Part shown: positions 37,590 to 50,888 of the stretch, one piece after another | Numbering within the stretch: the stretch's first letter is position 1 | Layout of the letters: each line of letters opens with the position of its first letter | NCBI GenBank assembly: GCA_028534125.1 | Contig: CM052817.1 | Span: forward strand, 3,102,001 to 3,166,000 | Length of the DNA: 64,000 nt | Origin: Lama glama | Lineage: Eukaryota | Direction: 5' to 3' | Program-made: the position numbers and the translations under genes | The notes under the pieces: generated by a model | Database searches by the model: none | What the model saw: the letters and a program-made list of their open reading frames with translations, nothing else | Told to the model about the DNA's origin: nothing

Positions 37590-38700
37590 CACCATGGCAG
37601 CCACTAACCTGTTCTCCATTTCTGTCATTTTGTCATTTCCAGAATGCTGTATAAGTGGAATCAGACCGTATGGAATCGCTGGGGGGAGCTTCTCCACGCA
37701 GTACAGCTCTCCGGACTCACCCAGGCTGGCTGCGGGTGTGTCAATGGTCTGTTCCTTTTCATTTCCGGGCAGCACCCGTGGGATAGACATACCATCGCGT
37801 GCTCACCCACTTGCCCACCGAGCGCAGCTGGGTTGTCCCCGGTTTGGGGCGATTACACATGAAGCTGCTGTGAACCGAAGCCTTTGCTTCTCTGGGATAG
37901 ACGCCCGGGTGTGTAACTGCTGAATCCTGTGGAAGTCGCATGTTTAGTCTTTAAGGAAACCAGCAGCTCTCCAGAGTGGCTGTACCGCTTTACATTCTCA
38001 TCAGCCACATTCGAGGGAGGCAGTTTCTCTGCATCCTCACCAGCATGTGGTGGTGTCGCTTTTTCACTTCAGCCACTCCTCCAGGTGTGTAGTGATGCCT
38101 CCTTGAGGGTCTGATCTTCATCTCCCTGGTGGCCAGTGATGCTGGATACGGCCCCATGTGTTCACACGCCACCTGTACCTGCTCTTCCGTGAACCGTCTC
38201 TCCGCGTCTTTTGCCCATTTCCTAGTTGGATTACTTGCCTTCTCGCTGTTGAGTTCCACGGGTTCTTTATACATTCCGGGTACTAGGCCTTGTTGGATGT
38301 GCAGTTTGTAAATATTTTCTCTGTTGCTGTCTTTTCATCTTAACAGGCTCTATCACAGAGCAGAAGTGTCACATTTTGACGAAGTCCAATTTATCAAATT
38401 TCCTTCCCGGATGACGCTTTTGGTGTCAAGTCTAAGAACGCTCTGCCTGGAGTCCTAGAGCCCATGTATCTTCTCCGATCTTTTTTTCTAGGAGGTTTCT
38501 AGTTTTCCGTTTAAGTCTGTGGTGCACTTTGAGCTGCTTTTGTATCAGGTGTGAGGTTCCGGCCGAGGTGCCTTTTCACTGGATGCTCATTTGCTGACGC
38601 CCAGCCTCCCTCTGCGGAGATGCTTTTGCTCCCGTGCCAAAGTCAGCTGGGCGCGTTTGTGCGGGTGTTTCTGCCTTCCCTATCCGGTCTTAGTTTCAGT
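37590..38700 (-). mobile_element. old LINE-1 (L1M) fragment, ORF2 C-terminus and 3' region
   Basis: minus ORF 37990-38274 (YKEPVELNSEKASNPTRKWAKDAERRFTEE...LATREMKIRPSRRHHYTP) resembles L1 ORF2 NPIKKWAKDMNRHFSKE...REMQIKTTMRYHLTP. Confidence 0.85.
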
Positions 38701-38766
38701 TCTTAGATATTTACAGACCTTGGGCCCCCCTATATCCCATACTGTTTCCATACCTGGGTTGGCCTC

Positions 38767-38778
38767 TGTGTGTGTGTA

Positions 38779-38818
<40 letters not shown>

Positions 38819-38935
38819 CGCACGTGCTGGTATATGGACATGTCTGTGGTTGTGTGTGTGAACACGTGTGTGTGTGTAAGCGCCGTGTGTGTGAGAACAT
38901 GCGTGTGCACAGTGTGTGTGTGTGTGTGTGTGTGT
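38767..38935. repeat. (TG)n compound microsatellite
   Basis: direct reading. Confidence 0.95.
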
Positions 38936-40774
38936 ACCCGCTCCAACCCCACACCCACACTCCTTCCCCACGGCTCCAACGAGCGAGCCGGTGGTCTTTT
39001 TTGGACTGTGGTGTGCGTGGGAGACCTCTTTCTTCCAAGAGCATCTTTCTGTCACATCTCTCTGTGATGCTGCAGGCGAGGGTCCCAGCCCACTGGGGAG
39101 GGAGGGAGGCTGACAGGCAAATCCAGACTTGGCTCCAGTGGGAAGAGTCAAGAACTGCGGGTGTGACTGCATGGCCGGGATTCCAGCCTCTAGGGGGCAG
39201 CATGCGGCCGCTTTCCCTGCAAGTCTGTCCCGGGGCTCCAGGCGGCAGATGGGTCCACTCGGAGGCTGCGTGTAGTCCCAGGCCGGGCAGGAGGCTTCGT
39301 ACTCCTCTGCTGCGAATGGAACCCCACCTCCAGCACCCCAGGGCTGCCTGGGGCACGAAGCATGACTCAGGGCCAGGCCCCATCAACACGTGGATGGGGA
39401 CAGGAGGGACTGCGACCTGCCCTAGGACAGGCTCAGGTCTGGGGGCCGCGGGCCAGGCACTGTCCACACGGAGTCCCAAGGCCACGACCCTACACCAGCT
39501 CCATCACTTGTTACTGTGCGGCCTCAGGTGAGCGGCTGTAGCTGTCTGAGCCTCGGTGTCCCCAGCTACAAACGAAGCCGTTTGACTCTGAGGGGGAGGG
39601 AAGGGAGCTCGGACCCGCAGGCGCCCACGCGTACAGCTCTGGCCTCACACACAGCCAGGGTCTCCGTCTCCCAACATCGAAGACCTGGGTCGGCATCACC
39701 CTGCCCCACCTGCGCACACTTTGAAGGACACCTAGTGAGCACACGCGGTGATAAAGCCCCACGCACTTCACCCGACATATTCGTCAACCAATGTCCAGTC
39801 GAGCCGTGCGCCCCGGAGGAGCTGGGATCCTGGGGGAAGCTGGCGGCTCTGACATCTCCCTTGTGCTCTTCTGTAGCTCTGAAGTTCCTGCGTGTTGGTA
39901 AGCTTTTCTAATTTGTTTTTGAATGTTCTGCCGTAAGCACTTGTCACCTCCATAATCAGAAAAACAAGCATGCTGCATATCAATTTAAGTAAACTGAGAG
40001 GAAATTTAAACAATAACCATCGATACTTTGGGAGCACAGGGTTTTTGGTGATATTTATATTCTCATGTTTTTAATGTGTCTTTTCAATGAGTATATACCA
40101 TTCTTAAAATCGGAAGAAAATGTAGCACCTGTACTAAAGGAAAAAAAGACGAAGAGACTGGGAGAAAATTCACGTGCGTGCGTGCGTGTGTGTGTGTACT
40201 ACATGCAGTGTATCTCTACATCATCCATTTATATTCATAGACATTTATTTATATATAGATATAGATTTAGATCTATGTCCACAGTGTATCTGCCTATCAG
40301 TCAATCATCTGTTTATTTATCATCAGAATTTACCTTTGGCTGTGGGATTACAAGGAATAGTGTTTTTTTTTACTTCTTGCTTTTCTTAAGACTGTCAATT
40401 AACTAAACCAGCATAATTAGAGGTTTAAAACACTGTATTGCTGCCCACAGGAACGGATACATCTGACATCACCGTCCAGCTAACACACCACCCCCCGCAC
40501 AGAGACGTGTGAAGCCGGGTCCCTCGGCCTGAGCTGGCTGCCCACTGTTAGACTCCCTCACCTGAGTTCCTGTGTCATTGTTTCAGTGCTGGTCTGGTCC
40601 CAGGAAGGGATTTCCGGCCCACTGGCCCCTCCCGCAGTTTGCAAACCCAGGTCCACGCTGCGCGGCACGAACGGCGGGGGGCGGTGAGAACACTACACGC
40701 TGTCCTGTTCGCCCAGACGAAGTGGCCTCGCGGGGACGGCACCAGGGCACCAGCCGCCCGGAGGAGACCCTCAC

Positions 40775-40946
40775 CTGCTCCTGCCGCACCACGAATAGGA
40801 CGTCCTCTCCTGGTCGCACAGCCACCGCCTCTCCACGGATGCTGACCTGCAGGCCCCGGGGCGGCAGGAGCGGGCACTGCAGCTGTGCCGGGCTCTGGCG
40901 CGGGTCCACGCCGCCCTCACACACGTTGGACACCACCTTCCGGTAC
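40775..40946 (-). CDS. SORCS2: SORCS2 exon (end of 10CC, start of PKD) (G)YRKVVSNVCEGGVDPRQSPAQLQCPLLPPRGLQVSIRGEAVAVRPGEDVLFVVRQEQ
   Basis: cgcag acceptor, gtgagg donor, 172 bp, phase 2-0; VPS10 GYRK..SNVCEGG motif. Confidence 0.96.
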
Positions 40947-41419
40947 CTGCGGTCAGACAGCGGGTCAGGGTCGCACGCACAGGCGGGGGTGGGCTGGCCC
41001 GGCCGGACCTGCTTGTCACCGTGCGTACGTGCGGTGGCTTCGGGCTTGCGACCTCCCTCTGCCAACTTCTGCCCTCCTCCCACCTCCACCTGATTGTTCT
41101 TTCGGCCCCATTTCGGAGATGAGAAAACGGAGGCTCAGCGGAGGCAATGACAGTGAATGGAGGACATTTCTTTGGTCTGATCGTGTTACTACCAATGACA
41201 ACAGCTGTTGCTGCTGAGGGGAGGGCTGGGGAGCCGCTCTGAGTTCCGTGGCCTTGCTGGGGACTGTGGTCCGGGGAGGACTGAGCGCCCGAGGCGGGTG
41301 GGCGGGGCTCAATCTGGGCCCCACAGCTGATGCGCTAATTGGCTGTGGGCCACACGACCCCCTTCAGGCTCCTCTCCCTGTTACATGGAGGGAGTGGGGC
41401 CAGATGATGCTGAGTCACC

Positions 41420-41860
41420 AACTCACTCATGCAGCAAGTTTACTGAGTGCCTACTCTGTGCCGGGTGCTGGGGTCCGGGGTGATCGCTCGCAGCCCCTCC
41501 CCTTGCAGAGCAGACTGCCTAGTTGGGGAGGCAGACCTCACCAAACCATCTCCCCTATCAAGTGCCGGGAAGGAGCAGCACCTGGGAACCTGGGCCCGGA
41601 GATAGGGGCTTTCAGCTGAGATCAGAAGGGTGTGCAGAAGAGGGGAGAGTATCCTGGGCAGCGGAACCAGTGCGTGCAAAGGCCCTGTGGTGGGTGGCTG
41701 AAACCCAGAGTGGGGACAGGTGTAGGCTGAGGGTGGGGAGGGGTTGGTGGGCAGAGTTCGCTGGGGTCTAGTAAACTTTTAGGAGACAATGGGAAAATCA
41801 CTGCTGGGGGGTGCATCATCCGACCTGCCATTTGTGATGCTCTCTCTGGCTACACTGGGA
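41420..41860. mobile_element. LINE-2 fragment
   Basis: actcactcatgcagcaagtttactgagtgcctactctgtgccgggtgctggg...tgcaaaggccctgtggtggg, characteristic L2 3' sequence. Confidence 0.65.
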
Positions 41861-42154
41861 TTCTGGGGCTGTAAACCTAACATCACTGCCAAAGGGCCTC
41901 CATCTGCCCACCTCCCTGTGCCTGAACTTCAGAAGTTTATCAAGCAAAACCACATTTGATTAGTTTGGAAGAAAATACGCTCCCTAAGAGCTACCCGCTC
42001 ACAGCCCCTTGGTGCCAGATTCTGCAGGTGGCATGTAGCAGATTCTCTTGCCCTCGACACGGGGCCTGGCTCTGACCCTGCAGAGGAGTCCCTGCTGGCC
42101 AAGCCCTGGCAGGTGCGCTGGGGCAGCCGCTGTGTCTCCCTGACGGAGGAGAGC

Positions 42155-42330
42155 TGGATGACGAATGAGTGGTTAGAGGACAGAAGGATGGGTGGATGAT
42201 GGATGAATGGACGAGTCAGTGGAAGAATAAATTGATGGATGATGGACGGATGGGTGGATGGATGAATGGATGACTGATGGATGGGGGAGTAAATGGATAA
42301 ATGATTCGATGGATGGATGGATGATGGAAT
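42155..42330. repeat. (GGAT)n degenerate microsatellite
   Basis: direct reading. Confidence 0.85.
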
Positions 42331-43177
42331 TTATGACACTGTGGTCCAAGCCTGCAACTTCTTGTCCTGCTTCTCGGTGCCGTGGGCTCAGCCCCGCCCC
42401 ACCCTGGGGCAGTCATGGGGATTTTCTAATGATCCCACAGGCATTTCACTCCTCATGTCTTCCTCAGAGGGAAGCAGGGTCCTTTGGAGAGCATCCTTGG
42501 GGCCTCCTGGAGCTGCAGGTTCACAGCTGTTACGTACCTAACATTTTTATAGAACATTAATCCTTTATACACAATGTGCTCAGCCTCTGGTGGAGGGAAA
42601 GCATCCTACGTGCTCACACTTGCGGGAGGATCTACCATCGTGCACAGCGTGTGTTCGTCACACCACATACCGTGTGTCACGGAGCTGACAGTCCAGGAGG
42701 GGGACAACTGGCAAGTGTGACAATAACTGGGATGTGCACTCCTACAGAGTAAGCTCGGGGTCCAAGGTGGGTCAAGGAAGGCTTCCTGGAGGAAGCACCA
42801 TTCGAGCTGAGGCCTAAAGGAAGTGTGAGCATCTCTGGCCCAGCTCAGGCCTGGCCACTCGGTGTTGGTCAATGGGGAAGGGTCCTGGCGCCGCAGGGGC
42901 TCCGAAGGACCGGGGGAGGGGTGTTAATGCTGTGGGAGGGCTCAGTCCCTGCAGCAGGTGTGAGCTACCCCTGGACTTTCTCTGCCCGTTGTTCTCTGTT
43001 CGGAGCCAGTTCAAGACTCCTTTTCTCCTTGATGCTGACTCTCATGGGCTTCGACTCGAGAACCCCCCCAGGTCAGCGCCTGGGGCGACTCACTGACTTC
43101 TCTTTCCTGGTCTCTATGCGGGGAGCTGTAGGCACCAGGCAGCAATGGGTAGGGGGCACCTACTGTGCTGCACTCAC

Positions 43178-43303
43178 CCGAGGCTGCTGGTGTAGGTCTG
43201 GCCCAAGACACAGTCATCAGGCGGGGACATGGGGTTAAACCAGAAGTTGGCAAAGCACTTGTTGGCGTCGGACTCGAAGGAGGAGCGCTCAAATCCATAG
43301 TCA
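43178..43303 (-). CDS. SORCS2: SORCS2 exon (10CC domain) (C)DYGFERSSFESDANKCFANFWFNPMSPPDDCVLGQTYTSSL(G)
   Basis: cccag acceptor, gtgagt donor, 126 bp, phase 2-2; CDYGFER motif of the VPS10 10CC module. Confidence 0.95.
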
Positions 43304-44101
43304 CTGGGAGGAGGGAAAAACAGTGGTCAGGAGACAGCTGCTGGCGGGGATGGGAGCCAGCCTGGGGCAGGGGCCTCACACTGAGAGCCCACTATGCACC
43401 TGACTGTGAAGACACAGAGGCAGACCCACAGGGCCCCATCCCAGGGGGAGACAGGCCTGAAAGCTGACAGTTACGTTCCAGGTGAGAAGGGATGCAAAGA
43501 GCATTCTGGGAAATCACAGGAGAGCACTGAGCCCAGCCTGGGTGCCCTGGAAGGCTGCCTGGAGGAGGTGGGCTTAATCTCAAAGGAATATCAAGAGACA
43601 GCGAGGGGAAGAGGGGGAAAGGCACTGCAGGCAGGGACTGGTCCCTTCAGTGCTAGTGCAGGGAGACACAGACAGAGGTGGCAGGAAGGTGAGGGGTAAG
43701 GACAGCTGGAGAGGCAGGTGGGTGGACCAGAGACCCTAGGAGCCAGGTTCCAGAACCCGGACATTCTCCAGTGGGCAGCAGAGTTTTTGACTGGGGCAAG
43801 GGAGCTGTCGGGGGGTTTTCAGCAGAGTCCCTGGATGGAGGAGAAGGAGCTGGGTGGCACAGCTGGCCGCCGAGATGCCCTCTCTTGTCCTCAGGTCCCT
43901 CTCCTACCTGTGAGCAGGCCACCTGTGCTGGTTTTAAAACTACGTCCAGGAGTTCTTTAATGCAGGCTGGACCCAGCGTCTCAGTTCTAACGCACAGAAT
44001 AAGGGGGGGTGATGGACACCCTCCCGCTGCCTGCTCCACCGCGGGGCAGCCGGACGCCCGGGCCAGCAGTCCGAGGGGCCGAGCCGGAGCGGGACCCTCA
44101 C

Positions 44102-44235
44102 CAGAGGAAGTCGGAGGCCCGGCACTGGCACACGCGGGCCGTGAGCGCCGCCGTGAAGCTCCGCCCCTTGATGCACCAGGACGCGGGCTTTCTCCTCCGG
44201 AAGCTCCTCTGCTGGCCCATGATGCAGCGGTCGCC
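44102..44235 (-). CDS. SORCS2: SORCS2 exon (10CC domain) GDRCIMGQQRSFRRRKPASWCIKGRSFTAALTARVCQCRASDFL(C)
   Basis: cgcag acceptor, gtgagg donor, 134 bp, phase 0-2. Confidence 0.95.
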
Positions 44236-44974
44236 CTGCGCGGGAACATCCTGGTCACCGGCCGCCTGGAGGGTCCGCCCTGCGCCGGCTTGTGCTGCCC
44301 ATCTGGAGGGTTCTGCAAGCCCCAGGCAGCCGTCGGGCAGGGAAACCACGGCCCCGGGGCGGGGGGGGGGCGCGTTCACGGAGCCCCCGCTGGGTACGGG
44401 CTCCGTCCGGGCCCTGAGGGGTCTCAAGGCGGCTGGAAAAGAGGCCCGAGGGTGCCAGACCCCCGAGCAGGAGCTGGGACAAGCCACGGCCCCGGGCCTC
44501 ACAAGACACACTGCAAGCCCTCAACCAATCAGAAGAGGCCACACCCGTGTGAACAGGCGCTGAGGCAGTGATGGGGCGGGGTCCTCCCAGCACTTCCAGG
44601 GCCCCCACACTCTGAAATCCTGACCTTGGGCAGCACAACCTGATCTGAACCGCCCCGGGAGGCCATTCTGGTCCTGATTTATTCCTGAGTGTGGATATTA
44701 CACATTTTGCTGTAGAAACATTTGTGTTTGAGATTATGGGGAGAGGGCTGCCCCAGACCCACTGGGGTGTCACCTACTATATGATACATAGGCCCTGTGA
44801 CCCCGAGCAGAGCTGACACCAGGCTGGCTCAGGGCCTGTGTGCCTGCACCTGAGAATGCCTGCAGACCCTGGCCAGGCAGGAAATCCCGCAGAAGGGCTG
44901 GACATCTGCCGGAGGCCCCGCGACCTCGCAGGCCGGGGCTTTGTCGGGCGGAGGGGGCCTGCGGCCGGGCCCAC

Positions 44975-45095
44975 CTGCAGGTTGCTGAGGTCCCAGGAGC
45001 CGTAGTCGTCCTCGCCGCACTGCCTGGAGAACGAGGGCCGGAAATCCACCTTGACCAGCTCCCAGTCAGAGCGGAAGCTGATGTGGCCGAAAACG
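44975..45095 (-). CDS. SORCS2: SORCS2 exon (T)VFGHISFRSDWELVKVDFRPSFSRQCGEDDYGSWDLSNLQ
   Basis: cccag acceptor, gtgggc donor, 121 bp, phase 2-0. Confidence 0.95.
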
Positions 45096-46340
45096 CTGGG
45101 GAGGGGAGCGGAGGGAGGGCGGAGCCCACCTTAGTCTGGCCCATCCCTGAGGTGCCACACTGCCCCTCCTGGCCTCGGTTACCCCCCGCACAGCGGGCCC
45201 AGCGGCTCCTCGCCTGCCCTCGCTGGGCTGCCCTGGGACTGGACTCACGGCCCGCGCTGGGCCTGGCCGGCCACAGGCATTTGGGCATTGGCATTAAGTA
45301 GTCCCACGACAGTCACACGTTATGTGTGGCTTGTCAGTGGCACTGGTGTGGGTCATCCCATATGGCCCCCCGATGGACCAGGAAGCAGGTACAGTCGGGT
45401 CGCAAGCCCGGGCCCTCCCACAGCCCTCATGCCGCTCCTTGCAGAATTCTGTTCTGCAGAATGATTCGTGGTCAGGTGTCTGCATCCCATGCTACTTTCC
45501 TCCCAGCCTCTGTCAGCCCGACCCGCTGGGGGCCTGTGCTGCAGAATCCCAGCCCTGCAGAGCTGGGCCACAGGCTGTTTAACCCCTAGCAGAGCCGGCA
45601 CGCCCAAGACAAGTAACGAGTCATCACACAGGCTCAGAGCAGCGGGATGGGAAGGATCTCAGTGTGGTGCCTGCCGTGTGGCCCCCGGCCCTGGTGGGTG
45701 GAGAAAGCAGGGGACAGGCCACCATGGGTGCCGGTGGTCTACAGAGCGCCCACTATGTGCCAGGAGCTCAGTGTATGCACAGCCCCCTCTACAGAAAGGA
45801 AAACTGAGGCTTAGGGAGGTTGAGTAACTTGCTCAAGCTCACACAACTTGTTTGTGCCATTTCTTCTCCCTCAGCAGTCATTTGTGAAGTGCCTGCCATG
45901 TGCCCAGTCCCCCTCGTTCTCCGGGAAGGCTGCCGCTTAAGGGATTTCCACCTGATCCCCCACTACCTCACACCTGTGCTCCACATACCACCACAGAAGG
46001 GTCCAGCCTGCACTTCTCTGGTCCTTCTCCAGTCCAGTCTACAGCACTCGGGCCGTATTACTAGATGTTGAGCATGTGAATGGAGAAGGTGATGCACCCA
46101 CTCTGGCCTTGGTCCCCTTCCAAGCACACTGACAGGAGCTGGATACTGGGGGGAGGCCAGTTATGGGCGGAAAGGCTGGAAGCTCCATTCTAGAATAATA
46201 GTTGAGAAAGGTCTTGGACTGTTTTCTGGGCAACCTGATGGCTGGCCCTGAAGGTCTGAGGCTGATACTTGAAGAGAAGTTTTGCCTCCACAGGGCAGCT
46301 CTGAGCGCACAGGTCTCAGGTGATACGCCTTCACCACGAC

Positions 46341-46472
46341 TGTGACCTTGGGCAGGTCCTTTCCTCTCTGTACCTCAGTTTCCTTGGCTTTAAAATGAGG
46401 ACAGTAACACTGGCCTTTCAGGATCGATGGTGGATTAGTAATGGTTTGTGTAGGATGCTTGGCACTTAGTAG
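46341..46472 (+). mobile_element. MIR
   Basis: tgtgaccttgggcagg...ctctgtacctcagtttcc...taaaatgagg...cttggcacttagtagg. Confidence 0.75.
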
Positions 46473-49400
46473 GAGATTTTTACACACACACACTCACTCA
46501 TGTACACACACCCATGCATGCACACACTCACAAGCTCACACATTCTCATGTGCACACACCTATTACCTCTACTGCCCAGAGCGGCCTCTACTGCCTCTAC
46601 TGCGGCCTGGGGCCTCTCCTGCTGCCGGTGGACGCGGCCCGGCGAGGACCAAACACGCTCCGGCCGCCCCTTCTACTCTGCCTCGTGCACCTGCTCCCGC
46701 AGGTGCTGTTTCCTGCTGTGGGGTCCTGGGAGTCCCGGATGGTGGTGACCGTGGCTGCAGAGGTGTCCTTCCTGTCATCTGTCTGACTCCCATCCTGCCA
46801 TCAACTGCCCTCTCCCTGGAGGTGTCACTATGTGGGGACTGTCTTGGCCACAGTGTCCCCTTCTCCCAAGCAAAGCCTGCTGGTTCAGGTATTTAAACAG
46901 AGGGTGAGGGTCTCATCTCACTTAAGGGACAACTCCCGGGTCCTCAGCAGCCTGAGCCGCATCCCCTGCTGTCTAGAAACCACATTGCTGTGTGCTCAAC
47001 CCTCCCCCCTCCTCCTCACCAGCCCCCGAGAGGAATGTACTGTTATTATTCCCATCTTATGGATGAGAAGACTGAGTCAAGGGCCACAGCCTTGGCCCAT
47101 CTCCACGGGGAGCCAGCTTCGGCCGCCCGGCTGGTTACTGAGAGGCTGTGAAGCTTTGCCCAGGAAGCTTGCTCCAGCCCCAGCGTGGAACACAGCCCCT
47201 GCCTGGGGCACAGGCCCCGCGGGGAGGTCTCTATGTTGCTGTATTCCCAGCTGGAGCTGAGAAGAGGCTGGTTTGGTTGCTCTCACTAATCCTTTTATGA
47301 AACCTAACAGCTCAGATGATACTTTGAGAAATATCTGTCACCTGGCTCGCTGTGAGTTTTATGAAAGAGATCCGAGGGGAGCCTATTTCTTTCTTTACGA
47401 TTAACAAGGAAAAGCTGGGCCAGGCTGTGCCGACTGAGCGAGGAGTCCTGCGCCTTTCAAAGAGCCCACACCCCTCCGTGGGTGCAGCCTGGGGAGGGCC
47501 TGGGAGCTCCCCAGCCCCGCTTGGGGCCTGGGGGACCCTCACCCTCTGAGGCTGCACTGGTGGGGACTGGAGAGCTGGCAAGTGTGAGACATGCTGAGGG
47601 AAGCATCTCGGAAGGCCACTGTGGGCAGCTTGGATGTGACGTTTGGGCAGATTTGGATACAGAATCATCTGGGAAAATGCTGTCAGGAAACAGGACAGTA
47701 GGAGAGAGAGACAGAGACACAGGGTCAGGAGGGAGGGAGAGATGACAGACAGACAGAGAGAGGGAAGGAATTTGTTAGTGGTTGGAGACGCAGTGTGGTG
47801 AAGTAGAGGCCTTCAGGAACAGTTCTGATGGTTTAGGAAAAAGAACTTAAAAGGTTATGCAGCACTTGGCTCTGAATTCTGCCTCAGTGTCCCAGGGCTC
47901 AACTGCCCATCTGCTGGTGGGAGGTGAAAATTGGGCTGGGACAAAGGGCTTGATGTTCTGCAGCTCCTAGGTCAATGCCCTGGGGTAGAAAGTGTGCCCA
48001 TTTCTCGGCTGGGGAAGCTGAGGCCTCCCACCCAGCTCACTTGTTCAACCTCTGCAAAGCCAGCAAAGGCCAGCCATCGCCTCTGGTATTTCCCACTCCT
48101 CCCTTCTGCTCTGTGGAGTCTGGTCCTGGGAAACTGGTCGACCAGCAGAGGGTCCAGGCTGAGCCTGGAGGCCACACTGCAGAGAGCCCGAGGCTGGAAT
48201 CTTCCTCTCCCACCTCCCCTCCCAGCCCGAAGACCCCCAGAGCGTGAAGGGAGAGTAAACACGTGACGTCCTGAAGGGTTGAACACATCCCAGGGCCTGG
48301 GAGGAGAGGAATTCGGTGTCCAGGGAGAACCACAGGCAGGGCGTTTGGAGAATTCCAAGTGTGATGATTCCTCACCGAGGTTTTGACGGCGAGCTTCCCA
48401 GGGTCCCTGCCCCAGCTCTGCCTCTCCGGGACCGTGCAGAGCTGATGTGAGGGGGCCCCTTTCCCACCACTCCCTCGGTGCGGAATTATTGAAAAGTGAG
48501 CACTTCTGGGGCAGGGGACGGATAAATCCTTCCCTGGAGACTATTATGAGAATAAAATGAGATAACGTAAAAATCGAATCCATAACATGCAGTTGATGCT
48601 CCGTAAAACTTCCTCTTGGCCCTCGTTGCGGGAGGCCCGGGGAGGATGCAGGGAGGAGGCCAGAGGTCCCGGTCCTGGTGGCAGGGGAGGCCCCCTGGAG
48701 GGTCACCGAAGCCAAACTCCAGTCTGGCAGGAACTCAGACGTGCCTGAGCTCTTGTCTCAAACGCCCCGGGAGAGAGAGGGCTCCGCGCTCTCTGTCTGC
48801 ACACAGCTCTGCTCCATCTGCTGTTCCCAGAGGCCTGCGTGGTGGGCACACAGGCAGCTGCGGCCGCTGATCCCTCAGTGATGGGCTTTCCAGAGCCATG
48901 CTCCCAGCCCCGCCCCAGGCGCCCAGGGCAACCAGGGGCAGCATTCACCCGGGACCCGCAGGAACCCCGGGGCAGAGGCAGGCCTAGGGGGGACTGTCCA
49001 CGCTGGGCAGTTTCTCTCCAGTTCAAGCCTAAGATTGGGGGCCAGGCACCCCTGGGAGCTTATCCAAGCGGGCCTCTTTGGGGCATTCAGAAGGGTGAGC
49101 ACCTAGCTCTTCCCAGGTGATGGGGGAGTCGGTGGGGGCTTGGGCACGAAGGCCATTGTGAGCTGGAAGGTCAGACAGGAGATGCCAACTGGGACTAACC
49201 CTGGCAATGAATCCGGCCACCACTGGGCACAGGGCCCCTCCAGGCCGCGCGGGCAGGGTAGGGGTCGCAGCGCCTAGCCACTCTGCTGGGAGTGGGTGGA
49301 ACCCCTCTAGGAAGGGCCCAGCCAGAGGCAGAACTAGGTCCAAAACCCCAGAGGGACAAGTGTCAGCTCATCCCTGGGCCTGGGTCTCCCTCGTCCAGGC

Positions 49401-49914
49401 TCAGTTCAAGGTCAGCTATTCTGAGAAGCCTTGATAACCGCCCGCCCCACCCGCTGGTCCTGTGGTAGCAGCAACTTCCCCGTTAGGGAAACAGTGCTGC
49501 TCTTTGCTACATTTGATTGGCCTGCCCCCTGGGCCACCAGCCCTGTGGGTCCTCGGGGTCCCTGGTGCCCAGAACAGAGGGCAGCACGCTGCAGGCCAGG
49601 CTAGAAGGACGGGAGAAGGGCCGGCCTCACGGCCTCGGCTGTGGTGCGGAGCCGGGAGGACTCGGTCAGCGAGTGGAGGCCCGCCTCCCTTCCACCCTGG
49701 ACCAGCTGTCCTGGCCCTCCTGGGCTGGGGACTCAGACCGAGGCCAGCCCTCAGGAAGCTTCCTCAAAGTCTGCTCAAAGGAAGGAGGGGGAGTAACTTG
49801 GAAGGCCAACCTGAGACCGAGGCGTCCAAAGCACCGGGTCCCCTCCCAGCGTCAGGGGCCCTGGGTCTTCCTTGGGCAGCTACAAGGGGGAGAGTCCCTG
49901 GGGCGTTGTGGGGC

Positions 49915-50320
49915 TTCCTGGGGCCACCATAACTAATTTCCACAAACAGTTGCTTCGAACAACAGAAACATCTCAGTTCTGGAGCCGGAAATCTGAGATT
50001 TAGGTATTCACGGAGCGGGCTTCCTCTGGAGGCCGCAGGGGAGGCTCCTTTCTGCTCCCTCCAGCTGCTGGGCCGCAGGGGCTCCCGGGCTTGTGCCCGC
50101 ATCGTCCCAGCCTCTGCCTCTGTCTTCACACGACGTTCTCTCCGCTTGGCTGGGTCCTCTCCTCTTCGTATAAGACACGAGTCATTGGATTTAGGGCCAC
50201 CCTACTCCTGTGTGACCAACCTCTTCGCAGCTAATCACATCCCCAAAGGCCCTATTTCCAACTATGGTCACATCCAGAGGCTCTGGGTGGATGCGAATTT
50301 TGGGGGACACTGTTCTCCCC
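49915..50320 (-). mobile_element. MaLR LTR (MLT1-type)
   Basis: aacaacagaaa...cagttctggagccggaaatctgagat...gtcattggatttagggcc...ttttgggggacactgttc, antisense MLT1. Confidence 0.8.
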
Positions 50321-50766
50321 AGTTCAAGCATCATCAGTAAAAGGCAAGCAGGGTGCACGGGGCCCGCTCTTCCGCACCAGGTGCAGCAGGCGCCACGGCA
50401 TGGGCGTGGCTGTTAGAAATGCAGAGGTCAGCTCTGCCTGAACACGTGCCCAGGAGGGCCGATCGCCCAGGAGAGGACTTCCACAGGCAGACTCTCATTT
50501 CCAGTTTCTGGCTGAGCACCTTTTCTCCCCAACCAGGCCCCAGAGCACGGTCAAGCCCTCTGTGTGCCTCCTTCAGTCCCTGCCTGCTCAGGCTCTGCTC
50601 CTGGCCTTGGGATGCCCCATCCTCCAAACAGGGATGCCCTTGATCTGGGCCAGGGTCATGGGGCTGGACTCACAGCCTGGATCTGCCCTGCACTGGCCCA
50701 TTTGGGTCTCAGGTCCAGTCTGTGCAGCGTGCACACAAGTCCTTCACAGGTGCCAACAGCCAATAA

Positions 50767-50888
50767 TCATCACCACCATCATCACCACCAGCATCATCAC
50801 CACCATCATCACCACCAGCATCATCACCACCATCATCATCACCACCATCATCACCATCACCACCTTCATCATCACCATCAGCACCACC
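50767..50888. repeat. (CAT/CAC)n triplet repeat
   Basis: direct reading. Confidence 0.95.

Noticed and set aside
37990..38274. 94-aa ORF similar to a retroelement protein
   Set aside because: Decayed L1 ORF2 fragment, not an intact gene
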